From contig JBAQEZ010000003.1 of the NCBI GenBank assembly GCA_049287005.1, forward strand, positions 329,745 to 393,744: a stretch of 64,000 nucleotides of DNA. The letters run 5' to 3'. Below, piece after piece: positions 37,325 through 48,081 of the stretch. A model generated the notes under the pieces. It saw nothing but the letters and a program-made list of their open reading frames with translations, searched no databases and was not told where the DNA came from. The position numbers and the translations under genes are program-made. The number at the start of each line of letters is the position of its first letter. Position 1 is the first letter of the stretch. This DNA is from Candidatus Moraniibacteriota bacterium. GTDB taxonomy: Bacteria > Patescibacteriota > Minisyncoccia > Moranbacterales > UBA1568.

Positions 37325-37741
37325 ATGGCACAGAATAAAAGAACGATGATTGATCGGAAATATCATCTTTTTGATGCAAAAGATAAGGTGCTGGGTCGCT
37401 TGGCGACACAGCTCGCGCGTTTGCTTATGGGCAAACACAAGGTGAGCTACGCTCCGCATATTGACGGGGGCGATTTCGTGGTGATTCTCAATTCTGATAG
37501 TGTCGTCGTCACCGGCAACAAGACGAAGGACAAGATGTATCATCGTTTCAGCGGCTATCCAGGTGGTATCACTTCCATCAATTTTGAGGATCAGGTGAAA
37601 AAAGATTCTCGCAAAGTCATCTGGCAAGCGGTATACAATATGCTTCCCAAGAATGCGCTGCGCGGCAGGATGATGCGGAGACTGCTGATCAATAAGGACG
37701 GCGAGCACAAGCAGAAAGTTATTCACGTGACTCACGAATAA
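37325..37741 (+). CDS. rplM: 50S ribosomal protein L13
   Basis: KYHLFDAKDKVLGRLATQLARLLMGKHK matches L13. Confidence 0.95.
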   Translation: MAQNKRTMIDRKYHLFDAKDKVLGRLATQLARLLMGKHKVSYAPHIDGGDFVVILNSDSVVVTGNKTKDKMYHRFSGYPGGITSINFEDQVKKDSRKVIWQAVYNMLPKNALRGRMMRRLLINKDGEHKQKVIHVTHE

Positions 37742-37748
37742 ACGAATT

Positions 37749-38285
37749 ATGGCAACCAAGAAAGAAACAACCAAGAAGGTGACGGCGAAGAAAGAGATCG
37801 TCAAGGATGACGAAGCTCCAAAAGCGGTCAAGAAAGCTCCTGCAAAAAAGAAAGTTGCAACTGTTTCTGCCGCTGCGTCCGTCGAGGCTGTTGAGGAACG
37901 CTATGTGTACGCTGTCGGTCGTCGCAAGACGGCTGTCGCGCAAGTACGCTTGTATCCGAGCCCGAGCGCAGAGGTGATCGTCAATAAGAAGCCTATCCGT
38001 GAATATTTCGGTACCGCGGCTCTCGAAGCTGTCGCCCTCTCGCCGCTCAAGGTGACTGGTTTGGAAACCGCTTTCAGAGTGTCAGTGGTGGTGCGTGGTG
38101 GCGGACTGCATGGTCAGACCGGGGCTATCAAGCTCGGTATCGCTCGTTGTCTCATCAAGCACGATATCCTGCTTCGCCCTGTTCTCAAAGCACAGGGATT
38201 CCTCACTCGTGATGCCCGTGCGGTAGAACGCAAGAAACCGGGTCTGAAGAAGGCGCGCCGCGCTCCACAATGGGCCAAGCGTTAA
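37749..38285 (+). CDS. rpsI: 30S ribosomal protein S9 with a ~45-aa Lys-rich N-terminal extension
   Basis: C-terminal ...GLKKARRAPQWAKR and the S9 core; N-terminus KKETTKKVTAKKEIVKDDEAPKAVKKAPAKKK. Confidence 0.9.
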   Translation: MATKKETTKKVTAKKEIVKDDEAPKAVKKAPAKKKVATVSAAASVEAVEERYVYAVGRRKTAVAQVRLYPSPSAEVIVNKKPIREYFGTAALEAVALSPLKVTGLETAFRVSVVVRGGGLHGQTGAIKLGIARCLIKHDILLRPVLKAQGFLTRDARAVERKKPGLKKARRAPQWAKR

Positions 38286-38494
38286 GCTTGGGCTAGTGTG
38301 CGGGAAGGGGTCGGGAAAACGGGAGTTTTCCAGTTGCGGAGAGCAGGACGAAGTCCGCTGAGAACGGAGGAGTTCTCAGAGCGCGAAGCGATGCAATGGG
38401 CAAAACGTTAGTTTCGACCACAGGGCGGAAGTCCTATCGGAGATTCCGAAGGAATCTGCAGCGGTGCCAAGCGTTAGGTTTTATCAAGAATCAG

Positions 38495-38524
38495 AACCCC
38501 CTGGATGGCCAGGGGGTTTTTATT
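38495..38524. terminator. bidirectional rho-independent terminator
   Basis: AACCCCCTGGATGGCCAGGGGGTTTTTA lies between the rpsI operon (plus strand) and the HD-domain gene (minus strand). Confidence 0.8.
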
Positions 38525-38543
38525 TTTCGGAGCATCTTATTGT

Positions 38544-39707
38544 CTATCCTATGAAGGTCAGGATTTTTTGCAGCGCCCGAGACTCATCGTTGCTGCCGGG
38601 AATATTTCTTTGTGATGACTCGAGCTTTTTATAGAGGTCGCGGATGACGTATTTCGTGAGTTCGGGTTCGGTGAATTCTATTTCGGCCTCTTTGATGAGA
38701 ATTTCGAGAGCCAAGAGCGGGTGGTAGGAATCCTTGTATGAACGGTCATCCGAAGTGAGCGCATCGTAGACGTCCATAGAGCGCAGGATAGACAGTTCGA
38801 ATCCGAGACGGACGACAGAGGTTTCAGTCTGATAGCGTTGCAAGCGGATGGGACGGTGCTCGTAGTCATGGTGGTGTGAGGCGATGTCGGAGGCGACATA
38901 CATCTTGTGGTGTCGCAGGATCGCTCCAGTGGCCTTTTCGTGGCACTCGAGGACCTTCCGGAAGGTATCGTGCGGGGAAATGCCGTGTCGCTCGAGTTCT
39001 CTGAGAATCTCAGGACTGAATATTTCTTCCAGAGGAACGATATTGAGAGGGTCGGTCGTGTTGAGCGCGTGCACCTGCATAAAATAATGATCCAGTTCGA
39101 CTTCATCGAGCGTTTCAAGTTTTTCCGGGTCGAAATGCCGGTCGCGGCCGTTTTTTCTCGCCCAGTCATTGGCACGCTTTCCCCATTCGCGGCGGGAGTG
39201 ATTATCATGAAGAATTTCGTTCGGTATAGCGGTTTTCCCGATATCATGGAAAAGAGCTGCGGTAAAAAGCTCTTCTAGCGAGCTTTGTTCTATCTCAACC
39301 CGGCTTTTCATATAGGCGGCTGTTTCTCCGGCGCCGGAGGCCATATCGTAGACGAATGCGGCCACCCGGAGTGAATGATCGAAGGTCCGTTTATCGTATG
39401 CTTCGAGTGTCGCCGCTATTTCCCAGTGTTCCGTTCTGAAGTAGGGGTCGAGCTTGCCCAAGATGCCCTCGCAATCAGGCAGCGCTCGCAACCTCTCGAT
39501 GCGCTCGTGAAGCGCTTCGGGGTCTCGTCTGAGTTGTTCCAAAAGAGTGTCGAATCCGGCACAGAGCTGCTGCTCGATTCGTTCTTGTTCGGGTCGCCGT
39601 TCGGAAGAGTGTGAACCTCCGCCTACCGTGGCACCGCTTTCATTGACAACCCGAGACCTTTCTTGTTTTTTGTAGGCTGCACCAAATATTTTTTCTTCGA
39701 ATGTCAT
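38544..39707 (-). CDS. HD-domain phosphohydrolase family protein
   Basis: HSLRVAAF...LFHDIGK is the HD metal-binding motif; further His-rich stretches follow. Confidence 0.7.
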   Translation of the reverse strand: MTFEEKIFGAAYKKQERSRVVNESGATVGGGSHSSERRPEQERIEQQLCAGFDTLLEQLRRDPEALHERIERLRALPDCEGILGKLDPYFRTEHWEIAATLEAYDKRTFDHSLRVAAFVYDMASGAGETAAYMKSRVEIEQSSLEELFTAALFHDIGKTAIPNEILHDNHSRREWGKRANDWARKNGRDRHFDPEKLETLDEVELDHYFMQVHALNTTDPLNIVPLEEIFSPEILRELERHGISPHDTFRKVLECHEKATGAILRHHKMYVASDIASHHHDYEHRPIRLQRYQTETSVVRLGFELSILRSMDVYDALTSDDRSYKDSYHPLLALEILIKEAEIEFTEPELTKYVIRDLYKKLESSQRNIPGSNDESRALQKILTFIG

Positions 39708-39738
39708 ACTGTTTGTGATATTGGATCAAGCAGTTTTC

Positions 39739-41214
39739 TTAGAATCCGAAGAGGCCGCTTTTCTCGGAAAATGGGAACCGACTGACGGCGTTGGTTTCTG
39801 CGTTCCCAGGCGATACGAAGTACACATAATTTTCATCGAAACGTGGGAGAATCTGGAGCAGGGGCGCAGAAAATGTGGCGAGGTCAGCCATGTTCCTCCG
39901 ATCGCGATTATCGAGCTCGATTATTTTCGCGGCGTTACCCAGAGAAAAAATGACGTGTTCATAGTCTTCCGCCCACACCACATTTTTGATCGTATTGGAG
40001 AAACGGGCTATTTGGATCATTGTTCCGCTGGCTCGTACCGGCTGAGCTTCCCAATCGCGGAGGAAATAAGCGAAAATCTCATTATTGGTGAAAAAGAGCA
40101 GTTTTTTGCCATCATCCGAAAATTGTACACCTTTCACGTTGCTATCAACGATGGTTTTCAGAACGATTTCGGAAGGAGAAATTTTATTGTAGACCCAGAG
40201 TTTTCCCGTTTTTTGTTCTCGGATGGTTAGGCGGGCATCATCATAGAGAATGAGCGCATAGAGGCTATCTTGGAGCAGGGTAATCGGTATGGTTGTGATC
40301 TGAGTCGGCGTGCTGTCGACGCTTCCGGCAGGAATGCGATAAATAATGCCATTGTCGTTGCTCAAATAGTAGATGTTCTGACCGGAAAAATTGTAATCCC
40401 GAACGTTTTCTTTGACAAAAAGAGGGGTTGCGTCAGTCGCTCCGGCATCAATACGATTGAGGACATTGTTTGTTACATAGAGCAGGAAGTTCCGATTGGC
40501 TGGATCCCAGCGCGGATTGCGAAGACTCCCTGTCGTTTTTATCTTGGCGAGGTCATGGAGGGAGGTTGTTTGCTTGGTTGCTCTGTCGACCACGAAATAG
40601 TTGCGCCCCCCGGCTTGTTCTATGGGAATGAGTATTTTTTTGTCATCTGGTGACCACTCGATATTTTCCTCGCCATTTTCTGGAAGCGAAACATCGGAGA
40701 GAGAGAAGACTTCCTCTGTCGTTTTGGCATTCGTATCGAGGATATCTACAGTGAAGAGGCTTCCTTGCTTTTTGGCGACAGCCAGCAGCCCTTGCTCCCG
40801 AGCCTGAAAGATTTTCAGGGTGCCTGCGGTGCCTGCGATGCTTTCTTGAGCATTCTTTTCTTTCACCAGAAAGACATTCCAGAATTCTGTCGAGAGCCCG
40901 CTCTGCACGGTGGTTTTTTTGGACCATGGAATGTAGCCTGGTGCAGAGACATCGATGAAATGTTCTCCCGGAGTCAGACCTCCGATGTGGATGGAACGAT
41001 TGAGGAGCCCCAGCTTTTTCTGGGGAATCAGCTCGTTGTCAATGCGGATCTCTACCGTTTCCGGGGTGGATTTGATGGATATCGATCCGGTGTAAATGAA
41101 AATACCCCGTTCGAAATTGAAGCGGTAGCCGAAGGTATAAAAAAGCACTCCGCTGGTAGTGCAGAAAAATAATCCGACGAAAAGCCAGAATAAAAGTGGG
41201 CGGATACGGCGCAT
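39739..41214 (-). CDS. membrane-anchored PEGA-domain protein with TolB-like beta-propeller
   Basis: N-terminal TM, a PEGA-like module (ISIKSTPETVEIRIDNE...DVSAPGYIPW), and WD/TolB-like repeats. Confidence 0.5.
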   Translation of the reverse strand: MRRIRPLLFWLFVGLFFCTTSGVLFYTFGYRFNFERGIFIYTGSISIKSTPETVEIRIDNELIPQKKLGLLNRSIHIGGLTPGEHFIDVSAPGYIPWSKKTTVQSGLSTEFWNVFLVKEKNAQESIAGTAGTLKIFQAREQGLLAVAKKQGSLFTVDILDTNAKTTEEVFSLSDVSLPENGEENIEWSPDDKKILIPIEQAGGRNYFVVDRATKQTTSLHDLAKIKTTGSLRNPRWDPANRNFLLYVTNNVLNRIDAGATDATPLFVKENVRDYNFSGQNIYYLSNDNGIIYRIPAGSVDSTPTQITTIPITLLQDSLYALILYDDARLTIREQKTGKLWVYNKISPSEIVLKTIVDSNVKGVQFSDDGKKLLFFTNNEIFAYFLRDWEAQPVRASGTMIQIARFSNTIKNVVWAEDYEHVIFSLGNAAKIIELDNRDRRNMADLATFSAPLLQILPRFDENYVYFVSPGNAETNAVSRFPFSEKSGLFGF

Positions 41215-41386
41215 AGGAGGGTATATGAATGCCTCTCCAGTATACCGTGAAAGATGGCTTTTTGGGAAGAAAACAGGCTAGGGAGGCTGTGCTGGCGGGG
41301 CATCGTTTTTTTTGACGGGCAGGAAGCGAAAGAGTACACTGGCTGTACCGAACAGGCATGAAGGGTTCGTGTATATTTTTCCTCTT

Positions 41387-41890
41387 ATGTCGCAATTTTT
41401 GGATTTCTTCACCGCGTTGCACCTGCCGAAAAATATTGCTGGAGATTTGTCTCTGTTGTTTCTTTTTGTCGGGATGAGCCTGGGATTCGGCTTCGTATTC
41501 GGCCGCTGGAAGCTCATCAATATCCTGATCAATGTCTATATCGCATTGGCGTTTATTGGTGTGATTCCTGCGACCTGGTTTGCGGCATCACTCTATGCCA
41601 AGGCCGGGATGTTTGTTGTCCTGCTCATTTTTCTCACGGCGATCGATAACCGTCTTTTCGATCTGCATATTTCCAACGCGGGTACAGACTTTTTTTGGCG
41701 GCTCTTCGTGACCAGTATGCTCGTTACCGGGATGGTGGTCAGTGTCATTCTTTCCTTCCTTCCTCAGAAGATTGCCCTCGGCTATATTTCCGCGACGGCT
41801 TTTGGCTATTTCGCTTCGCCATTGGCTCTTATCTTCTGGATGGTGGTACCGCTGCTTTCTCTGCTCTTTATCAACAATCGACTGAAGTAG
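41387..41890 (+). CDS. hypothetical integral membrane protein
   Basis: Five hydrophobic helices. Start chosen at the internal ATG 41387, but the upstream alternative at 41312 is possible. A terminator follows at 41912-41953. Confidence 0.45.
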   Translation: MSQFLDFFTALHLPKNIAGDLSLLFLFVGMSLGFGFVFGRWKLINILINVYIALAFIGVIPATWFAASLYAKAGMFVVLLIFLTAIDNRLFDLHISNAGTDFFWRLFVTSMLVTGMVVSVILSFLPQKIALGYISATAFGYFASPLALIFWMVVPLLSLLFINNRLK

Positions 41891-41911
41891 CGGGTAGCTT
41901 TTGGGAAAATG

Positions 41912-41953
41912 AAAAGCCGCACCCCGAATCTTTGTTCAGGTGTGCGGTTTTCT
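41912..41953 (+). terminator. rho-independent terminator
   Basis: AAGCCGCACC...GGTGTGCGGTTTT stem-loop with a T-run. Confidence 0.6.
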
Positions 41954-42217
41954 TTAGGCGGTGAGAGGGGCATAGGTACGATCGTAGCGCTCTTGCCATT
42001 CGGCGAGTTCTGTATCGGTCACTTTGCAGAGGTATTTCGCCTGAGCGATGGCTTCCAGATCCGCGGGATCGCGGTACCGCTGGAGGAAGACTTGAAAAGT
42101 GGCCACTGTCCGTTTCGCACGCATGTCTACGATGGCTCGGCACACTTGTCGGAACAGCTGGTGACTCTCTTCGCTCGGTTGAGCGACCCGGGTTTTGCGC
42201 GTCTTGTTGGCTTTCAT
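41954..42217 (-). CDS. small hypothetical protein (87 aa)
   Basis: ORF with coding-like composition; basic N-terminus; no recognisable motif. Confidence 0.35.
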   Translation of the reverse strand: MKANKTRKTRVAQPSEESHQLFRQVCRAIVDMRAKRTVATFQVFLQRYRDPADLEAIAQAKYLCKVTDTELAEWQERYDRTYAPLTA

Positions 42218-42221
42218 TTGC

Positions 42222-42668
42222 TTATCCTTCTGTCGTGAATGAAGCGATAGTCGCGTCAGCGTGTACCTGTCCGGCGGCGTTGTGAGGAGGTATCAGATCT
42301 TGATGCACCGCCAGGGACGCTATCGCCAACAGGAGCGATAAGCTGAACCGATGGGGGATATCTTGACTGAAGCAGTAGGTGAGAAGCGGAAGCATCAGAA
42401 AGGGTACGCCATACAGCAACACAGCGCGCGGCGTCAGGCGGACTCCTTTCCTCAGGAAGATATCCACAAGGAGTACGACGATGATGAATTGATAGAGAAC
42501 AAACCCGAGGCGAACGGATGCGGTCACCATCTGCGGAATGACTTCTTTGCCGTTTGGGTCGAGCATGCTGAAATAGAGACCGCCGGCGTAGAGGGAGAGA
42601 AACATAATCCCGAGGCCGCCGATCAAGCTGGGTATCACGAGCGTGAAGCTGAACTTTTCCGTCTGCAT
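42222..42668 (-). CDS. hypothetical integral membrane protein
   Basis: Start at ATG 42666-42668 (MQTEKFSF...); four TM helices. Confidence 0.45.
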   Translation of the reverse strand: MQTEKFSFTLVIPSLIGGLGIMFLSLYAGGLYFSMLDPNGKEVIPQMVTASVRLGFVLYQFIIVVLLVDIFLRKGVRLTPRAVLLYGVPFLMLPLLTYCFSQDIPHRFSLSLLLAIASLAVHQDLIPPHNAAGQVHADATIASFTTEG

Positions 42669-42825
42669 TTTTAAGGTTCTCCTACCGTTACTCAAACACC
42701 ATTGTTTGAGTTTCCTATGATACGGCATAATGATTCAAGAGTCAATTTTTTTGCTTTAAATAAAGGACAGAAAGCCATCTTGTATCCGTCGTGGGTCTAC
42801 CGTACACCCCCTGATGCATGCGCCC

Positions 42826-42854
42826 TTGACAGGGCTCGAACAGTTGTCTATACT
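42826..42854 (+). promoter_or_regulatory. rRNA promoter: TTGACA, 17 nt, TATACT
   Basis: Consensus -35 at 42826-42831 and a -10 at 42849-42854, about 380 nt upstream of the mature 16S 5' end. Confidence 0.6.
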
Positions 42855-43236
42855 GGTTAAGCAATCTATGAGCCTCAAAGCTCGAGTTTGCTTTTGTTTC
42901 TCTTTGTTTTTCTCAGGGTGAAATCAATAAAAGTCTTCGGACTTTTTTTCTAACGCTCTGAAAGTAACTTAACAATTGAGCCAAACCGTTTTACTTCATT
43001 TACCCCTCGTAAATTGGAGTAAGACAAAACAATAAAATAATCACAATTTTTTGTGGTTAGTCCTTGTTTTCTTTTTGTCCCAAGATTTATTTCTGGGATG
43101 AGAGGAAAATAATTGTAACATGAGGTTACACGGAAGAATCTCTATTCGGTAGCAGCGATGCTACCAACTAAATTGAATTTTTTTCTATCTTATTTTTTAC
43201 CTTCGGGTACGAAGTGGGGTGGATTGGATTGAATTT

Positions 43237-44735
<1,499 letters not shown>

Positions 44736-45112
44736 TAGGGAGATAAAGGTGTACGAATTCTGACTCAAAATCAGGTTCACAACCATTATGGTCGTTCATT
44801 ACGCTTTATCTGCAGACGTTTCGACGAAAGCAGACGTAGTAATGAAACATAATAGCATGGAGACTTACGCAAAGGACTAACCACAAAAGGTTTTGATTAT
44901 TGTTTATTTCGGTGAAAGCGCTCTTCAATGAGTAATCCCTCGCGAGGGGATTTCACCGGATAGGTTATCAGGCTTTACGCAACAGTATCCCAAGATAAAG
45001 GAATTTCTTCGGGTATTGCTGTAAGACATTGAAACTCGTCGCAAGACGGGTTTTCTTGTTTTTTGATAGCAAAGTTGACTTGAATAAAAACGAAGATTAT
45101 AATGGGCGTACT

Positions 45113-45376
45113 ATGAAAAAGAAGAAGCTCACGACTATTGAAGATTTGGCAGTACTCATGCCGAATGAGTTTTTAGTAATACAGGAAAGATTCGATGGTG
45201 TAGATAACCGTTTTGATCAGGTTGATAAGCAATTTGATGAGATCAAAGCAGGAATCAAAGAATTGCGCAGAGACATAGAAGATCTGAAACTGCGCACGGG
45301 GGAGATGGTATTTCGTTTTGAAATTAAGGAAATCGAAAAACGCCTGCGCAAATTGGAACTCAAACTGGTTAAATAA
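45113..45376 (+). CDS. small coiled-coil hypothetical protein (87 aa)
   Basis: Start moved to MKKKKLTTIEDL. Heptad-like Lys/Glu/Leu pattern. Located immediately downstream of the 16S gene, where a 23S gene would be expected. Confidence 0.35.
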   Translation: MKKKKLTTIEDLAVLMPNEFLVIQERFDGVDNRFDQVDKQFDEIKAGIKELRRDIEDLKLRTGEMVFRFEIKEIEKRLRKLELKLVK

Positions 45377-45406
45377 GATGAGAATTCTAACGAAGACCAG
45401 CTCGCA

Positions 45407-45445
45407 AGGGCTCCCTCCCATGGCGGGCAGGGTTTTTTGTTTGAC
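45407..45445 (+). repeat. 38-nt repeat element, copy 1 (GGGCTCCCTCCCATGGCGGGCAGGGTTTTTTGTTT)
   Basis: Near-identical copy at 52719-52758, with 33 of 38 nt shared. Both copies sit just after a stop codon and end in a T-run, which suggests a terminator-like role. Confidence 0.5.
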
Positions 45446-45563
45446 AATCTAAGGGAAAAGAGTAGCCTATTTTCAGAGTGTTTTTTCCTCAGGCATTGGG
45501 CCAAGGAAGGCATTTGAGGGGACCGCTAGAGTGCGGTAGATCCCGACAATAGGAGTAGTTCTT

Positions 45564-46625
45564 ATGACAACCAAAATCGGTAAGGGCTTGTGGCAGGAGG
45601 GTGTACACCCGCTGATTAACAGCATGGATGGCCACCTTCAGACCTGGTCACAGTGGAAAGATGAGTTCCGGAACGCCCGTCTCTGCGAGCACTATGAAAT
45701 GCTCATTCGTCGAGGATGGTGTATGGATACCGACGATATCCATGGCGAGGAATCCGTCGAGCGTATTCTGTTCTACTTGCGTATGGCCGAGGGTCATCTC
45801 ACGGCACGGACGCTTGAAAAGCCGGGCGACAGGCGTCATGAGTGGAGTGATATGCGGTCGTCGCTTTGGTGGAATTCTGGACGCGGTACCGATCGGGACT
45901 GGCGTCGGAACCTTGCCCATCTTGCGTACAAAGAGTTTGTCTACAATTTCTTGCGCGACCGGACCATCCGCAATAATGACGAGAGTCAGGCTTCCCGGTA
46001 CCCCTGGCTGAAGTGGATCGTTGACGAACGCGTTATGACGGCGCTTCTCCGCTTCTTCCGGATCGAAAGCGGTGTTATGCCGAACTTTCCAGTGACTGGT
46101 AACAGCGACGAGGACAAAAAAACGGCAGAGATCGTTACGGAAACCCTTGTCAATCTGAGCGCTGCCAAATGGCATATGGGCCATTACTATTCGATGGCAG
46201 GCAAGGAATTGCCCACGGAGTTTCTTGTCAAACACGCACTCACATTCCTGGAAATCCTTTTCGTATTGAAGCGGCTGGATGTCTTCGAGAGGAATGGGAT
46301 GTACATTGCTGGCTATACAAAACTCTCTGATTATGAATTGAGATTGTCGCCAGATGATCCGGGAGTGAAGTTTCCAGAGCCGATATGGTCGCCAATTCAC
46401 TTCGAGGAAACGGAGCTTGCGAAGCTTCGAGACCTGGCTCTTTATGAGCAGTTTGTTTTTCCCGAAGCACGGCTTATAAAGGATGGGTGGGGGCCTTATG
46501 CTTCCCACAGAAGTGAAAAACGAAATCCTGTTTCGATTCATGAGGCCATCACTGTTGTGAACTCCCAGATTGCGAAGATTTACACGCTGATCTGCAATCG
46601 GCAGGGCGTCGACTGGCGGCCATAG
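45564..46625 (+). CDS. hypothetical protein (353 aa), Trp/Arg-rich
   Basis: Long ORF with no recognisable motifs; followed by the terminator GGACGCACCCGCGTCCTTTTT at 46676-46698. Confidence 0.45.
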   Translation: MTTKIGKGLWQEGVHPLINSMDGHLQTWSQWKDEFRNARLCEHYEMLIRRGWCMDTDDIHGEESVERILFYLRMAEGHLTARTLEKPGDRRHEWSDMRSSLWWNSGRGTDRDWRRNLAHLAYKEFVYNFLRDRTIRNNDESQASRYPWLKWIVDERVMTALLRFFRIESGVMPNFPVTGNSDEDKKTAEIVTETLVNLSAAKWHMGHYYSMAGKELPTEFLVKHALTFLEILFVLKRLDVFERNGMYIAGYTKLSDYELRLSPDDPGVKFPEPIWSPIHFEETELAKLRDLALYEQFVFPEARLIKDGWGPYASHRSEKRNPVSIHEAITVVNSQIAKIYTLICNRQGVDWRP

Positions 46626-46717
46626 CAAGGTAGCTTCGACAACAATTTCAGAGGAGATCAATGTATTTCCGACAAGGACGCACCCGCGTCCTTTTTGGTT
46701 TTCAAAGGACCGGATTA

Positions 46718-46749
46718 TATCATAATTTCACGGCCGTGAAATTATGATA
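46718..46749. promoter_or_regulatory. perfect 15-bp inverted repeat with 2-bp spacer (TATCATAATTTCACG GC CGTGAAATTATGATA)
   Basis: The reverse complement of the left arm equals the right arm exactly. It lies in an intergenic region between a terminator and a divergently oriented secreted-protein gene. Confidence 0.45.
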
Positions 46750-46927
46750 TAAATTGAATTGCTGAAAAATCTGCTTACCAGGGCGCCCTCCCAACTACTT
46801 TTTATTTTACTTCTACCCGCTTTCTTGTGATATTCTTGATTTTTACAAATTGAAAACCGCGTAGCTTGGGAGCTAGCGGTTTCAGGTACTTCGTAGTTGC
46901 GAAGCCTTTTTTTAGGGGGGGTGCCGT

Positions 46928-47326
46928 TTAATGCTCTCGTTCCTTGAGATTGAGATTGCGGACGAATTGGGCAACGTCCCAGTGGAAAGAGAGTGCCGGC
47001 CCGAATCCGGTCACTGTCGAGGTGGAGGCGTAGTTTCCATTGTTTCCGCTGGAACTACTTTGAGACACTCCCCAGCCCAACTTGAGCTCGGAATTTTCTC
47101 CTTTCGCTTGGAACCAGGGGTTGACGGCCGTGTAGGTTTGCATCGAGCCGGTGCTCTGGACAGAACACTCGAGTTTGTTCTCGATGCAGAATTCCTCAAA
47201 AGTGAGGATTCTTGTGGACGCCGGTTTTTTGGCTGGCTGGTCGATATTGGTGGTAAAGTACCATCCCAGCGTAGTCAGACCACAGATCAGGAGCAATGCT
47301 GACGCAATCTTACTTGTCTTGCTCAT
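46928..47326 (-). CDS. small secreted protein (132 aa), hypothetical
   Basis: RBS GGAGG 5 nt before ATG 47326. Signal peptide MSKTSKIASALLLICGLTTLGWY. The listed 47338 start is a GTG further upstream. Confidence 0.5.
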   Translation of the reverse strand: MSKTSKIASALLLICGLTTLGWYFTTNIDQPAKKPASTRILTFEEFCIENKLECSVQSTGSMQTYTAVNPWFQAKGENSELKLGWGVSQSSSSGNNGNYASTSTVTGFGPALSFHWDVAQFVRNLNLKEREH

Positions 47327-48081
47327 TTGAGCCTCCACTTAGGTTGTTGACGAACGCAGTCAGAATAAATATTCTGATTCACCATTATAGCACTATTTTG
47401 TGCTTTTGTCAATTGTAGAAAAATGGCTTTCTTTGCTGATTTTCTCCTTCTTTTTTATTTGTCTTGCTATATTGCATTTTTATGTATCTGGGGCTATACT
47501 CGACTGACACTAGAGTTGACCCAGTGAAATTGCTTATTTGATGAGCACCCGCAGAGCGGGATTTTACAGGGTAAACAACTGATATCAGGATTCTTGAGAG
47601 ATGATTCTATCTCACGGATTTCCTACCAGCATCCTGCAACTGTGAAGAAGCAGGAAAAGGATGGGCTTGCTCGAAAGCCGCCCAAGGCCAGGGAAGTCGC
47701 TTCTCAGTCCATGCGCAAGCATACCCGCTCGAAAACCCATGTGCGGAAGGCTAAGCGACGTTATAGAGGTGATAACTTGGCAGGACCGGCACTAGACACG
47801 CCGGCACCCTGTAGCCAGGAAAAAACCTCGGCAAGTGCTGGAGGACGGCAGAGTGCAACGCTCTGTCGGACTACACGAGGGAAAGGAAGCCAACGGTTTC
47901 CTTTCCTCTCTCTCAAGAGTCCTGATACGTATGATAAAAAACCAACTTCCTCTGGATTGGTTTTTTGTTGTATGGTGTGTGACTATCCGAGATAAAAAAA
48001 GCAGCGGGCGCCTCTTGTGAAAAGGGGCGTTCGCTGCGTGAGGGGTAGTGCGTTCCTACCGAAACATGAATTGCATGAAGG

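Noticed and set aside
47594-47995. 133-aa plus-strand ORF, extremely basic and Ser/Arg/Lys-rich
   Set aside because: Low-complexity composition and no RBS. It lies in the 5' intergenic region of divergently transcribed secreted-protein genes, and is likely non-coding.
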